DNA from: Arcobacteraceae bacterium
GTDB taxonomy: Bacteria; Campylobacterota; Campylobacteria; Campylobacterales; Arcobacteraceae
Length of the DNA: 64,000 bases
Reading direction: 5' to 3'
Assembly (NCBI GenBank): GCA_965140475.1
Contig: OZ223243.1
Coordinates: 29,642 to 93,641 of the forward strand
The position numbers and the translations under genes were made by a program. The notes beneath the pieces are model-generated. The model was not told where the DNA came from. It saw only the letters and a program-made list of their open reading frames with translations, and did no database searches. Shown piece after piece: positions 10,938 through 19,800 of this stretch (positions are counted from its first letter, which is position 1; every line of letters begins with the position of its first letter).

Positions 10938-11858
10938 ATGGATAAAGCAAAATATATATGGATGGATGGTGAACTCACCCCTTGGGATGAAGCAAAGGTA
11001 CATGTTCTTACACATACACTACACTATGGAAATGGTGCAATTGAAGGTACAAAAGCATACAAAACAGTTGATGGTAGATGTGCTATTTTTAAACTAACAG
11101 AACACACACAAAGACTTATTAACTCTTCAAAAATGACACTTATGGATGTACCATACAGTGTAGAAGAATTAAATAATGCACAAGTAAAACTGTTACAAGA
11201 AAATGAACTTTTTGAAGGTGCTTATATAAGACCACTTGTATATCTTGGATATGGTGTTATGGGATTGTATCACAAAGATGCCCCTGTAAATGTATCAATT
11301 AGTGCATGGAAATGGGGAGCATATCTTGGTGATGAAGGTTTAAAAAAAGGTATTAGACTTAAAATTGCTTCAATGACTAGAACACCAAATACTTCAAGCA
11401 TGGGAAAAGCAAAAGCAGTTGCAAACTATTTAAATTCACAAATGGCAAAATATGAAGCTGTGGAAGCTGGATATGATGAAGCACTTTTAAGAGATGATCA
11501 AGGGTATATTGCAGAAGCTAGTGGAGCTGCATTTTTCATGGTTGAAAATGGTGTTTTAGTAACACCTCCAAGTGACAATGCTCTAAAATCAATTACACAA
11601 TCTACTATTATAGATTTAGCTAATGATATGGGTATTAAAGTTGAGAGAAGAAGAATCACAAGAGAAGAGATATATATTTGTGATGAGTGTTTCTTAACTG
11701 GAACTGCTGCTGAAGTTACACCTGTAAGAGATGTTGATGCTAGAACTATCGGTTGTGGTAGTAGAGGACCAATCACAGAAAAGCTCCAAAGAGCATATTT
11801 TGATGTGGTTGCAGGGAAAAATGAAAAATATAACAAATATTTAACATACATTAACTAA
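10938..11858 (+). CDS. ilvE: Branched-chain amino acid aminotransferase
   Basis: 306 aa of the class IV aminotransferase pattern (GNGAIEGTKAY, EASGAAFF, LTGTAAEVTPV). Confidence 0.92.
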   Translation: MDKAKYIWMDGELTPWDEAKVHVLTHTLHYGNGAIEGTKAYKTVDGRCAIFKLTEHTQRLINSSKMTLMDVPYSVEELNNAQVKLLQENELFEGAYIRPLVYLGYGVMGLYHKDAPVNVSISAWKWGAYLGDEGLKKGIRLKIASMTRTPNTSSMGKAKAVANYLNSQMAKYEAVEAGYDEALLRDDQGYIAEASGAAFFMVENGVLVTPPSDNALKSITQSTIIDLANDMGIKVERRRITREEIYICDECFLTGTAAEVTPVRDVDARTIGCGSRGPITEKLQRAYFDVVAGKNEKYNKYLTYIN

Positions 11859-11931
11859 TATAATTAAGTGAAGATAAAGTGGATTTTAATATTATAGCAA
11901 TCCATTTACAAAAAAAAGAGGAATATAAATA

Positions 11932-13050
11932 ATGCCAATAGATAATGACTATTTTAAAAATAGACAAAAACAACAAAGTGGTTCTACAAACAATAGTAGT
12001 AACGATAATAAAAACAACAATAATAGTGGTGGAAACGGTGGAGGTGGTTATGAACCTCCATTTCAAGCTCCTGATTTATTTAAAAACTTCAATAAACAAT
12101 CAGGTATCATCTATGGAATTATAATACTTGCTGTATTGTTATTTTTCACAAAACCTTTTGTTATTATTAACTCAGGGGAAGTTGGTATAAAAGTAACAAC
12201 AGGTAAGTATGAAACTGAGCCATTACAACCAGGTTTTCACCTTTATATCCCAGTTATCCAAAAAGTTATAACTGTTGATACAAAAGTAAGACTTATAAAC
12301 TATATGACAGTTGAGCAAATGAGTGGATTTGATAGCGGTATCAAAGTAAACCCTGCTATTAATATTCTTGATGCAAGAGGGTTACCTGTTTCTATTGAAC
12401 TTACTGTACAGTACAAACTTTTACCATCAGGTGCTCCTATGACTATAGCTACGTGGGGTCTAAGCTGGGAAGATAAAATTGTAAATCCAGTTGTTAGAAA
12501 TATCGTAAGAAATGTTGTAGGTGAATTTAATGCAGAACAACTTCCAACAAAAAGAAATGAGATAGCTGTATTAATTGAAAATGGTATAAGATCGCAAATT
12601 GAAGCACTAGAAGGAAGACCTGTATCTATTGAGTCTGTTCAATTAAGAGAGATTGTACTTCCAGTTAAAATTAAAGAGCAAATTGAAAGAGTACAAATAG
12701 CAAACCAAGAATCTGAGCGAGTAAAATATGAAGTTTTAAGAGCGAAGCAAGAAGCTGAAAAGAAAGCGGCTCTAGCAAAAGGGGAAGCTGATAAAAACAG
12801 AATTGAAGCACAAGGTAGAGCAGATGCTGTTACTATTGAAGCTGCTGCACAATCAAAAGCAAATAAATTGGTTGCAGAGTCTTTAACTTCAAAACTTTTA
12901 CATATGCAACAAATTGAAGTACAAGGAAGATTTAATGATGCACTTAGAGAAAACAAAGATGCAAAAATTTTCTTAACTCCTGGTGGTTCTACTCCAAATA
13001 TTTGGGTAGATACAAAAGATACACAAAGAGCTACTGCTGTTAGCAATTAG
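11932..13050 (+). CDS. SPFH/band-7 (prohibitin/HflK-like) membrane protein with low-complexity N-terminus
   Basis: N/G-rich leader, one TM segment, an SPFH core (GEVGIKVTTGKYE...) and a coiled-coil tail. Confidence 0.8.
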   Translation: MPIDNDYFKNRQKQQSGSTNNSSNDNKNNNNSGGNGGGGYEPPFQAPDLFKNFNKQSGIIYGIIILAVLLFFTKPFVIINSGEVGIKVTTGKYETEPLQPGFHLYIPVIQKVITVDTKVRLINYMTVEQMSGFDSGIKVNPAINILDARGLPVSIELTVQYKLLPSGAPMTIATWGLSWEDKIVNPVVRNIVRNVVGEFNAEQLPTKRNEIAVLIENGIRSQIEALEGRPVSIESVQLREIVLPVKIKEQIERVQIANQESERVKYEVLRAKQEAEKKAALAKGEADKNRIEAQGRADAVTIEAAAQSKANKLVAESLTSKLLHMQQIEVQGRFNDALRENKDAKIFLTPGGSTPNIWVDTKDTQRATAVSN

Positions 13051-13056
13051 TTTTAA

Positions 13057-13078
13057 AAAGAGAGATTTTTCTCTCTTT
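13057..13078 (+). terminator. Hairpin terminator after SPFH gene
   Basis: AAAGAGAGA-TTTT-TCTCTCTTT: 9-bp stem and 4-nt loop with a T-rich 3' side. Confidence 0.5.
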
Positions 13079-13086
13079 ATTATATA

Positions 13087-13467
13087 ATGCAAAAAATAAA
13101 ATATATAATCATCCTTATCTTAGCCTTAGCATTGGTATTTCTATATATCCAATTAACTGACTATGATAAAATATCAAATTCACTTCTACAACAAAACTCA
13201 TCTTCAAGTAAAAAAATTGAAAACTTAGAGAGCCAAATTTCCACTTTAAAAGCAGAAAATCAAGTACTCCAAGATACTATTGCAACACAAAAGCAAAAGA
13301 TATTTTTACTTGAAGAGGAGTTAGTATTGATAAAATATGATAGAGGTGATACCAACACCACAAATATTGATACTAATACTACAATAAACGACACAAATAC
13401 TACTATAGAAAACCAAGAGATTCAAAAAGAAGAAAAATCAATTTTTGATAAAATTTTTAACAACTAA
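13087..13467 (+). CDS. Membrane-anchored coiled-coil protein, unknown function
   Basis: 126 aa with an N-terminal TM segment, heptad-like LENLESQISTLKAEN and a DTNTT repeat tail. Confidence 0.5.
   Translation: MQKIKYIIILILALALVFLYIQLTDYDKISNSLLQQNSSSSKKIENLESQISTLKAENQVLQDTIATQKQKIFLLEEELVLIKYDRGDTNTTNIDTNTTINDTNTTIENQEIQKEEKSIFDKIFNN
13348..13410 (+). repeat. Three imperfect 21-nt tandem units inside the CDS (DTNTTNI/DTNTTIN/DTNTTIE)
   Basis: Read directly from the translation and from nucleotides 13348-13410. Confidence 0.6.
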
Positions 13468-13477
13468 GAGGAAATAG

Positions 13478-14161
13478 ATGGCAAACATCATAGATACAAT
13501 AGATTTTGAAAAACAAGATGGAATTATTCCCGTTATCACCCAAGACAACCAAACAAATGAAGTGCTAATGCTTGCATATATGAATAAAGAAGCATTAGAA
13601 TTAACACTTCAAACAAATTTTGCTCACTATTTTAGTAGAAGCAAACAAAGACTTTGGAAGAAAGGTGAAAGTTCAAATCATACTCAAGAGGTGGTAACTA
13701 TAAGCCTAGATTGTGACAATGACACAATCCTTTTAAAAGTAAATCAAGCAGGAGTTGCTTGTCATACAGGGAGAAAATCTTGCTTTTTTACAGACTTAAA
13801 AACAGGAGAGACTACAAGTGAAGTTGAAGTTGACACAACTGCTGCTTATGGTATAGTAGATACTCTATACCACACAATCCTTGAAAAGAAAAATGATGAC
13901 CCAACAAAATCATATACAGCAAAACTTCTCCAAGGAAAACAAAACTCTATGTTAAAAAAAATAGTAGAGGAAGCTGGAGAATTTACCTTTGCAGTAAAAG
14001 ACAACGACACAGAAGAGATCATCTACGAAGGTGCTGACCTACTTTATCATTGTTTAGTAGCACTAGCAAGTCAAAATGTAAGTCCAGATAGAATCAAACA
14101 AGAGATTGCTAGAAGATTTGGACTAAGTGGTATTGAGGAGAAAAATTCAAGAAGTGAGTAG
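13478..14161 (+). CDS. hisIE: Bifunctional phosphoribosyl-AMP cyclohydrolase / phosphoribosyl-ATP pyrophosphatase
   Basis: HisI motif (CDNDTILLKVNQAGVACHTGRKSCF) followed by a HisE helical domain (KKIVEEAGE...ADLLYH). Confidence 0.9.
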   Translation: MANIIDTIDFEKQDGIIPVITQDNQTNEVLMLAYMNKEALELTLQTNFAHYFSRSKQRLWKKGESSNHTQEVVTISLDCDNDTILLKVNQAGVACHTGRKSCFFTDLKTGETTSEVEVDTTAAYGIVDTLYHTILEKKNDDPTKSYTAKLLQGKQNSMLKKIVEEAGEFTFAVKDNDTEEIIYEGADLLYHCLVALASQNVSPDRIKQEIARRFGLSGIEEKNSRSE

Positions 14162-14325
14162 TATAAAACTATCCGCTTCTCATACACTTTTTATTAACTT
14201 AATGTACCATTCATCTCAATCAAATTATTAATATTTTAGAGAATTAGGCAAATATTAAAGAGAAATCATCTAACACTTAACTTCTATAATTTGTTACTCT
14301 ACTATTAAAATATAGGAGACCCACT

Positions 14326-14672
14326 ATGAAAATAGAATTGATTACAGGAGCAAGTAGAGGATTAGGTAGAGGTATGGCTTTGCATTTAGCACAAAAACTC
14401 TTACCGTTTATAAAAGATGGTGGTACTATAATTAATATTTTAACAGGTTTTAGTGCTTATGCTATGATGAAAGGAGCAATAGAAACTGATTTTGGCAATG
14501 GTACAGTTAGAAAGAATAAACAAGTTAATAACTTCATATCTTCACAAACTGCACTTGGTCGAGCAGGTTATGCTGATGATATAGGTGCTGCATTGGCTAA
14601 CATTGTATCAGAAGAATGCCATTCGATTAATGCCCAAAGAGAATAGAAATCTCAGGAGGTATGTTTTTATAA
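14326..14672 (+). pseudogene. Short-chain dehydrogenase/reductase remnant with internal deletions and a terminal frameshift
   Basis: Begins with the Rossmann motif TGASRGLG, then jumps directly to C-terminal SDR segments (SAYAMMKGAIE, TDFG, QTALGRAG). The expected tail RIEISGGMFL* is readable only in another frame, ending at TAA 14670-14672. Confidence 0.75.
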
Positions 14673-15544
14673 ATGGATAATCTATTTGAAAACTTATTAC
14701 ATTTAATTCAAATGCAGTCTTTAAAAGAAGGGATTAATCATACACTAATTCCTTCTGTAAATATTTTTAAATCATCAAATACAACTCAAACTCTACAAAC
14801 TATTTATGAACCTTCATTATTTATAATTATTCAAGGAAAAAAGCTCGTTACAATTAATAATCAAACAATAGAATATGATTCTTCCTCCTATCTTATTTCA
14901 TCTTCTTTTTTACCCGTATCTGGTAAAATTACTCAAGCAAGTGAAAATAAACCTTTTTTATCCCTGCAAATTACTTTTAATTTAAAACAAATATTTGAAA
15001 CTATTGAACAATTCTCTATTAAAGCTAAAAAAACTTCTCATACAAAATTAACCATATTTTCATATAATATAGCGGAAAATTTATTGGATGCGACTTATCG
15101 TTTAGTTAACTCATTAAAAAACCCAGAAGATATAAATGCACTTAGCAATTTATATCTAAAGGAAATTTTGTATAGATTACTTATCTCAAATAATAATACA
15201 GAACTTAAACAACTTGCATTTGTAGAAGGGAATGCTTATAAAGTTTATCAAACTATACTCTATATAAATGATAATTTATTTGATTTAATTTTTATTGAAG
15301 ATTTTGCAAAGTCTGTAAATATGAGTATTTCATCTTTTCATAAACATTTTAAAACAAAAACTCTGTTAGTATAAAGATTCAAAGACTACAAAAAGCAAAA
15401 AGCTTGATGGTGTCAGAGAATATGGATATTACAGGAGCTTCTTTTTCTGTTGGATATCAAAGCTCTTCTCAATTTAGTAGGGAGTACACAAGCTATTTTG
15501 GGATTAGCCCAAGTTTAGATATTAAAAATATTAAACAACAATAG
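14673..15544 (+). pseudogene. AraC-family regulator, frameshifted within the HTH domain
   Basis: The N-terminal AraC ligand-binding-like domain ORF stops at 15374 just after SISSFHKHFK. The second HTH (KIQRLQKAKSLM...GYQSSSQFSREYTSYFGISP) continues in a different frame to TAG 15542-15544. Confidence 0.75.
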
Positions 15545-15659
15545 ATAAAATATTAAATATTACAATATTAAGTAGATTTATTTAACATATATTAGATATT
15601 ATAAACAAATAATTATTAAAAGAGATATTTATATTTAAAAAAAATTTACAAGTTGGCTA

Positions 15660-15953
15660 ATGATGAATAAAAAAACTACTTATCTATTTTATACAATAAT
15701 TTCATTGCTTACTTTATTTTTCATACAAATTATTTATTTACAAAACAACAACTCTATGACAAAAGAGATGAAAGAGGCAAAAATAGAGTTTGTACAACTA
15801 GTGCAACTTCCTGATCTTGCAATCTCTACGGAGGCTACTTATATAAGACATAGAAGTTTAGCTGATATATTTAGTATCTATAAAGATGATGGAAATTTAA
15901 GAGAGTACTTCCCCTCAACATTCACATATTCACATTCACAAGGATACAAATGA
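15660..15953 (+). CDS. Small signal-anchored protein, unknown function; first gene of the ABC operon
   Basis: 97 aa with one N-terminal TM segment. ATGA overlap with the next gene. Confidence 0.5.
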   Translation: MMNKKTTYLFYTIISLLTLFFIQIIYLQNNNSMTKEMKEAKIEFVQLVQLPDLAISTEATYIRHRSLADIFSIYKDDGNLREYFPSTFTYSHSQGYK

Positions 15954-17143
15954 TAAAAGAAAAAATAAATTTATATTTAATTCAATATGCAATAAATGCA
16001 ATATTAAGACAAAAAAGTAAGAATTTTTTTATTCTAAATATTTTTATACTTTTAACTTTTTTATTAACTTCAATTTTTTTTATATCCAATTCTATTAAAT
16101 ATGAATTAAACTCTACTGTTGAAGCCTTACCACAAATCACAGTACAAAAAATAAAAGCTGGAAAATCATACGATATAGATACAAGTGTTGTTGATAATAT
16201 CTTGACCATCACTGGGGTTACTGATGCGGTTGCCAGAGTTTGGGGATATTATTATTTTGAAAATGTAGGAGTAAATTTTACTATTGTTGGATTAGATGCT
16301 TATGAGAATCAGTATAAAAAAAGCTTTGAGAATATTGTAAAAAAATTTGATCTAAATGAGTTAAGTGAAAATTCCTCCATGATAGTTGGACAAGGAGTAT
16401 TTGAATCTCTAAAAAAAGGATATTATTTACAAAATTACTTTAACTTTATTAAACCAGATGGCTCAATCAAAAAGCTTACAATCGCAGGAACATTTAATAG
16501 TGATATACAATTAGAATCAAATGATGTGATAATAATGTCAAAAGAAAATGCAAGAGAAATATTTGATATAAATGAAGATAAAACTACAGATATAGTTGTA
16601 AAAGTAGCAAACCCTGAAGAGATCAGTACAATATCACAAAAAATAAAATTGATGTATCCAGATACTAGAGTTGTAACTTCTGAAGATTTTAAAGTAAGTT
16701 ATCAAAATATTTTTAACTACAAAAGTGGAATATTTTTAACTATATTTATTATCTCATTATTTACTTTTTTTATGATTATTTATGATAAATCAAGTGGCTT
16801 AAGTAGTGAAGAAAAAAGAGAAATAGGAATACTTAAAGCAATAGGATGGACAGTAGATGATGTTTTAAAAGAAAAATTCTATGAAAGTTTTATTATCTCA
16901 TTTTTAGCTTATATGATAGGAATTATATCTGCATTTGCATTTGTTTATTTATTTCAAGCTCCACTTTTAAGAGATGTATTTGTTGGATATAGTGAATTAA
17001 AAACAACTTTTGAGTTGCCTTTTGTATTTGATTTTCAGACTTTATTTTTAGTATTTTTCCTAAGTGTTCCTATTTATATAGCAGCAACTATTATCCCTTC
17101 TTGGAGAACAGCAACACTTGAAACAGACGAGGTTATAAGATGA
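15950..17143 (+). CDS. FtsX/MacB-type ABC transporter permease (4 TM plus large periplasmic domain)
   Basis: 397 aa: TM1, a periplasmic domain of about 220 aa, then three C-terminal TMs containing the EIGILKAIGW motif typical of the FtsX family. Confidence 0.8.
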   Translation: MIKEKINLYLIQYAINAILRQKSKNFFILNIFILLTFLLTSIFFISNSIKYELNSTVEALPQITVQKIKAGKSYDIDTSVVDNILTITGVTDAVARVWGYYYFENVGVNFTIVGLDAYENQYKKSFENIVKKFDLNELSENSSMIVGQGVFESLKKGYYLQNYFNFIKPDGSIKKLTIAGTFNSDIQLESNDVIIMSKENAREIFDINEDKTTDIVVKVANPEEISTISQKIKLMYPDTRVVTSEDFKVSYQNIFNYKSGIFLTIFIISLFTFFMIIYDKSSGLSSEEKREIGILKAIGWTVDDVLKEKFYESFIISFLAYMIGIISAFAFVYLFQAPLLRDVFVGYSELKTTFELPFVFDFQTLFLVFFLSVPIYIAATIIPSWRTATLETDEVIR

Positions 17144-17820
17144 TAAAATTAGAAAATGTCACAAAAATATATGAGATAAATAATGACCATAAAGTAACTG
17201 CATTAGAAAATATAAACTTAGAGTTCAAAGAGGGTGAATTAATAGTACTAAAAGGAGCTAGTGGTAGTGGAAAAAGTACAATTTTATCACTTATTGCTGC
17301 TTTAAGTAAACCAACTACAGGGGAAGTAATAGTTGATAATAATCGAATATCAAAACTTCCAGATAATTTTGCGGCTCTTTATAGAAGAAAAAATATTGGT
17401 TTTATATTCCAAAAATATAATTTGATTCCAACACTAAGTGTAAAAGACAATATACTTTTACCCCTAGTACCAACAAATCCAGATGAAAAAGAAGCACTTA
17501 ATAAATTAAATCAAGTGATGGAAAAATTTGATATAAGCCATAAACAAAATATGATTGTAAGAAATTTATCAGGAGGTGAGCAACAAAGAGTTGCAATAGC
17601 AAGAGCCCATATAAATGATCCAAAAATTATAATTGCAGATGAGCCAACTGCAAATCTTGATGAAAAACTTTCACTTAATTTTATAGAAATTTTACGAAAA
17701 CTAAAACAATCAAATAAAACAATTATTGTAGCTACTCACGATCCATTGTTTTTTAATCTTGATTTTGTAGATAAAATTATAGAGATAAAAAATGGAACTA
17801 TTGGAGATATAGACGAATGA
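17140..17820 (+). CDS. ABC transporter ATP-binding protein (MacB/LolD-like)
   Basis: Walker A GASGSGKST, signature LSGGEQQR, Walker B IIIADEPT. ATGA overlaps on both sides. Confidence 0.92.
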   Translation: MIKLENVTKIYEINNDHKVTALENINLEFKEGELIVLKGASGSGKSTILSLIAALSKPTTGEVIVDNNRISKLPDNFAALYRRKNIGFIFQKYNLIPTLSVKDNILLPLVPTNPDEKEALNKLNQVMEKFDISHKQNMIVRNLSGGEQQRVAIARAHINDPKIIIADEPTANLDEKLSLNFIEILRKLKQSNKTIIVATHDPLFFNLDFVDKIIEIKNGTIGDIDE

Positions 17821-18773
17821 TGTTAGTTCCTGAAGTAATAGCGATATTAATACTTAATCTTATATTTGCTTTTTTTAGCTTAATAGCATTTGTATTAGCT
17901 TTAAGAATATTTTTTAAATGGGATTTAAATGCAACTACAAAACTTCAATATTCACTTGAAAAACAAAGTTTTTTAACAGCAACTATTATTAAATATATCT
18001 TTGCAATCAAATTGCCACTATTTTTATTTTTTATATTTACATTAGATAATATTTCAGATTTACTTACAGGAGCTATGTGTGCAGCAGGAGTAGTTGATGC
18101 AACAGAATATGGAACATATCTTTTTATACTTAAAATTATTAATATTTATCTTTTTGGATTTTGGTTAGTTTTACACTATTTAGATATAAAAAATAAAGAG
18201 TTAAAATATACTAGAATAAAATTTGGATTTTTTATTATTATTTTTTTACTATTTTTAACAGAAATTATATTTGAAGGTATTATGTTTAGTGCAATAGATA
18301 TTGACAAAATGGTAAGTTGTTGTGGTACTTTATATTCAAGTAGTGCTACTTCTTATATATCAAATATCTTTTTGATACAAACTCCTATATTATTATCTTT
18401 GTTTTATGGAAACTTTTTACTAATAGTAATATTTTACTATTTAAGACAAAAAGAGTTTTTTTCATTGGCAAATTTATTCTTCATAATTATCTCAATTATT
18501 AGTCTTATCTCATATTTTGGTACCTATATTTATGAACTACCTACACATCATTGTCCATTTTGTTTTTTACAAAAAGATTATTATTATGTTGGTTATTTCA
18601 TTTATACTCTACTTTTTGTAGGTACTTTTAATGGATTGACTGTTGGATTTATTCATGATAATACAAGAATAAAAAAAGCATATAAACTATCTCTTGTATT
18701 CAATCTTTTATTTTTACTTTTAGTAAGTAGTTACCCTTTAATATATTATATAAAAAATGGTGTTTGGTTATAA
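17817..18773 (+). CDS. Polytopic (about 8 TM) membrane protein with clustered Cys/His motifs, family not recognised
   Basis: 318 aa. Motifs GAMCAAG, VSCCG and THHCPFC all lie in loops opposite the K/R-rich loops, so they are predicted to be periplasmic. Confidence 0.6.
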   Translation: MMLVPEVIAILILNLIFAFFSLIAFVLALRIFFKWDLNATTKLQYSLEKQSFLTATIIKYIFAIKLPLFLFFIFTLDNISDLLTGAMCAAGVVDATEYGTYLFILKIINIYLFGFWLVLHYLDIKNKELKYTRIKFGFFIIIFLLFLTEIIFEGIMFSAIDIDKMVSCCGTLYSSSATSYISNIFLIQTPILLSLFYGNFLLIVIFYYLRQKEFFSLANLFFIIISIISLISYFGTYIYELPTHHCPFCFLQKDYYYVGYFIYTLLFVGTFNGLTVGFIHDNTRIKKAYKLSLVFNLLFLLLVSSYPLIYYIKNGVWL

Positions 18774-18774
18774 T

Positions 18775-18816
18775 TTGATGTTTGTCAATATTTTTATTTT
18801 TATAAAATGGTACAAT
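18775..18816 (+). promoter_or_regulatory. Crp/Fnr-type box TTGATGTTTGTCAA plus -10 TACAAT (class II spacing)
   Basis: Perfect TTGAT-N4-GTCAA at 18775-18788, exactly 22 nt, then TACAAT at 18811-18816. The architecture is identical to the two nos boxes. Confidence 0.65.
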
Positions 18817-18842
18817 ATTAAAAAATAATTGGAGTGTATATA

Positions 18843-19328
18843 ATGCATATTTTAAGTTCTAAGTTTCGTAAAAAATTTGGTTTGTTTATTTTATTGACAG
18901 TATCGGTTAGTTCTTTGTTTGCTAATGATTTAGAAGTGAAACAACAAGATGTATCTCCCGAACAGTTACAGTCTCAAAATGTAGAAATAGCTAAATATGT
19001 TGCAATAGAATTATCAAAAGATTTGCCAAAGGTTGTAGATAAATATACAAAATTTACTTCAATTAAATCTGATAAAACAACACTTATATATACATTTGAA
19101 ATAAATATAGGTTCAAAGAGTGATGAAGCTGTAAAAAAAGAAGATCACAAAAGAATGGAAAAAGCTGTAGTACATGGAGTATGTAGTACTTCTAAAAGAT
19201 TTTTAGAAGCACAAATTGTCATAATTTATAATTATGTTAGTGCAAAATCTAAAGCCAAATTATTTCAATTTGAGATTGACCAAAATAAATGTTTTTTACT
19301 AGAAAAAATGGCATTTGCTAATGATTAG
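18843..19328 (+). CDS. Secreted protein, unknown function (start moved to ATG 18843)
   Basis: GGAG lies 9 nt upstream of ATG 18843. Signal peptide ends ...SVSSLFAND. The mature part has two Cys. No family recognised. Confidence 0.55.
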   Translation: MHILSSKFRKKFGLFILLTVSVSSLFANDLEVKQQDVSPEQLQSQNVEIAKYVAIELSKDLPKVVDKYTKFTSIKSDKTTLIYTFEINIGSKSDEAVKKEDHKRMEKAVVHGVCSTSKRFLEAQIVIIYNYVSAKSKAKLFQFEIDQNKCFLLEKMAFAND

Positions 19329-19779
19329 AAATATTCAATTTAATTTAATATTTTTATTGCTTTTTACTCTTCCTTTGTTATTCATTGGTTGTGAAAAAAA
19401 AGTAGATGATGGTATTACCAAAGTACACTGGGATAGAGATATGTGTGCAAGATGTGTTATGGTTGTTAGTGATAGAAAGAATACAGTTCAAATCAAAAAT
19501 CCCAATACAGGGAAAACATATATGTTTGATGATATTGGCTGCACTATTTTATGGTTTAATGAGGAAGAAATTATGTGGAAAGATAAAGCAGTTATTTGGA
19601 TTACTGATGTTAATAATGGCGAATGGATAGATGCTCGAACTGCATTTTATGATACTGAAAATATAACCCCTATGGCTTACGGATTTTCAGCACATAAAAC
19701 AAAAGATACAATCAAACAAAATCAAGAAATAATTAATTTTGAGGAAGTTTCAAGAAGAGTTTTACTAATCGGGAAATAA
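19315..19779 (+). CDS. NosL-family copper-chaperone-like lipoprotein (paralogue 1)
   Basis: Lipobox LFIGC, CARCVM (CxxCxM) followed by FDDIGC, and a C-terminal AYGFSAH. Clear paralogue of the 21691-22143 product. Confidence 0.75.
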   Translation: MLMIRNIQFNLIFLLLFTLPLLFIGCEKKVDDGITKVHWDRDMCARCVMVVSDRKNTVQIKNPNTGKTYMFDDIGCTILWFNEEEIMWKDKAVIWITDVNNGEWIDARTAFYDTENITPMAYGFSAHKTKDTIKQNQEIINFEEVSRRVLLIGK

Positions 19780-19800
19780 CTCTTCTTGTAAAATTAAGAA

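Noticed and set aside
12639-13046. 135-aa antisense ORF. Similar antisense or alternate-frame ORFs occur at 1187-1453, 7286-7603, 11498-11851, 11851-12066, 19406-19630, 34655-34873, 35625-35888, 36091-36390, 36442-36801, 36761-37024, 40536-40781, 56359-56877 and 61380-61756.
   Set aside because: Each lies inside a confidently identified gene on the opposite strand or in another frame. None has recognisable motifs, and their composition is typical of shadow ORFs.
14326-14646. 106-aa ORF as a functional mini-SDR
   Set aside because: It lacks the region where the SDR catalytic residues would sit and most of the Rossmann fold. Its true C-terminus is out of frame. It is called a pseudogene instead.
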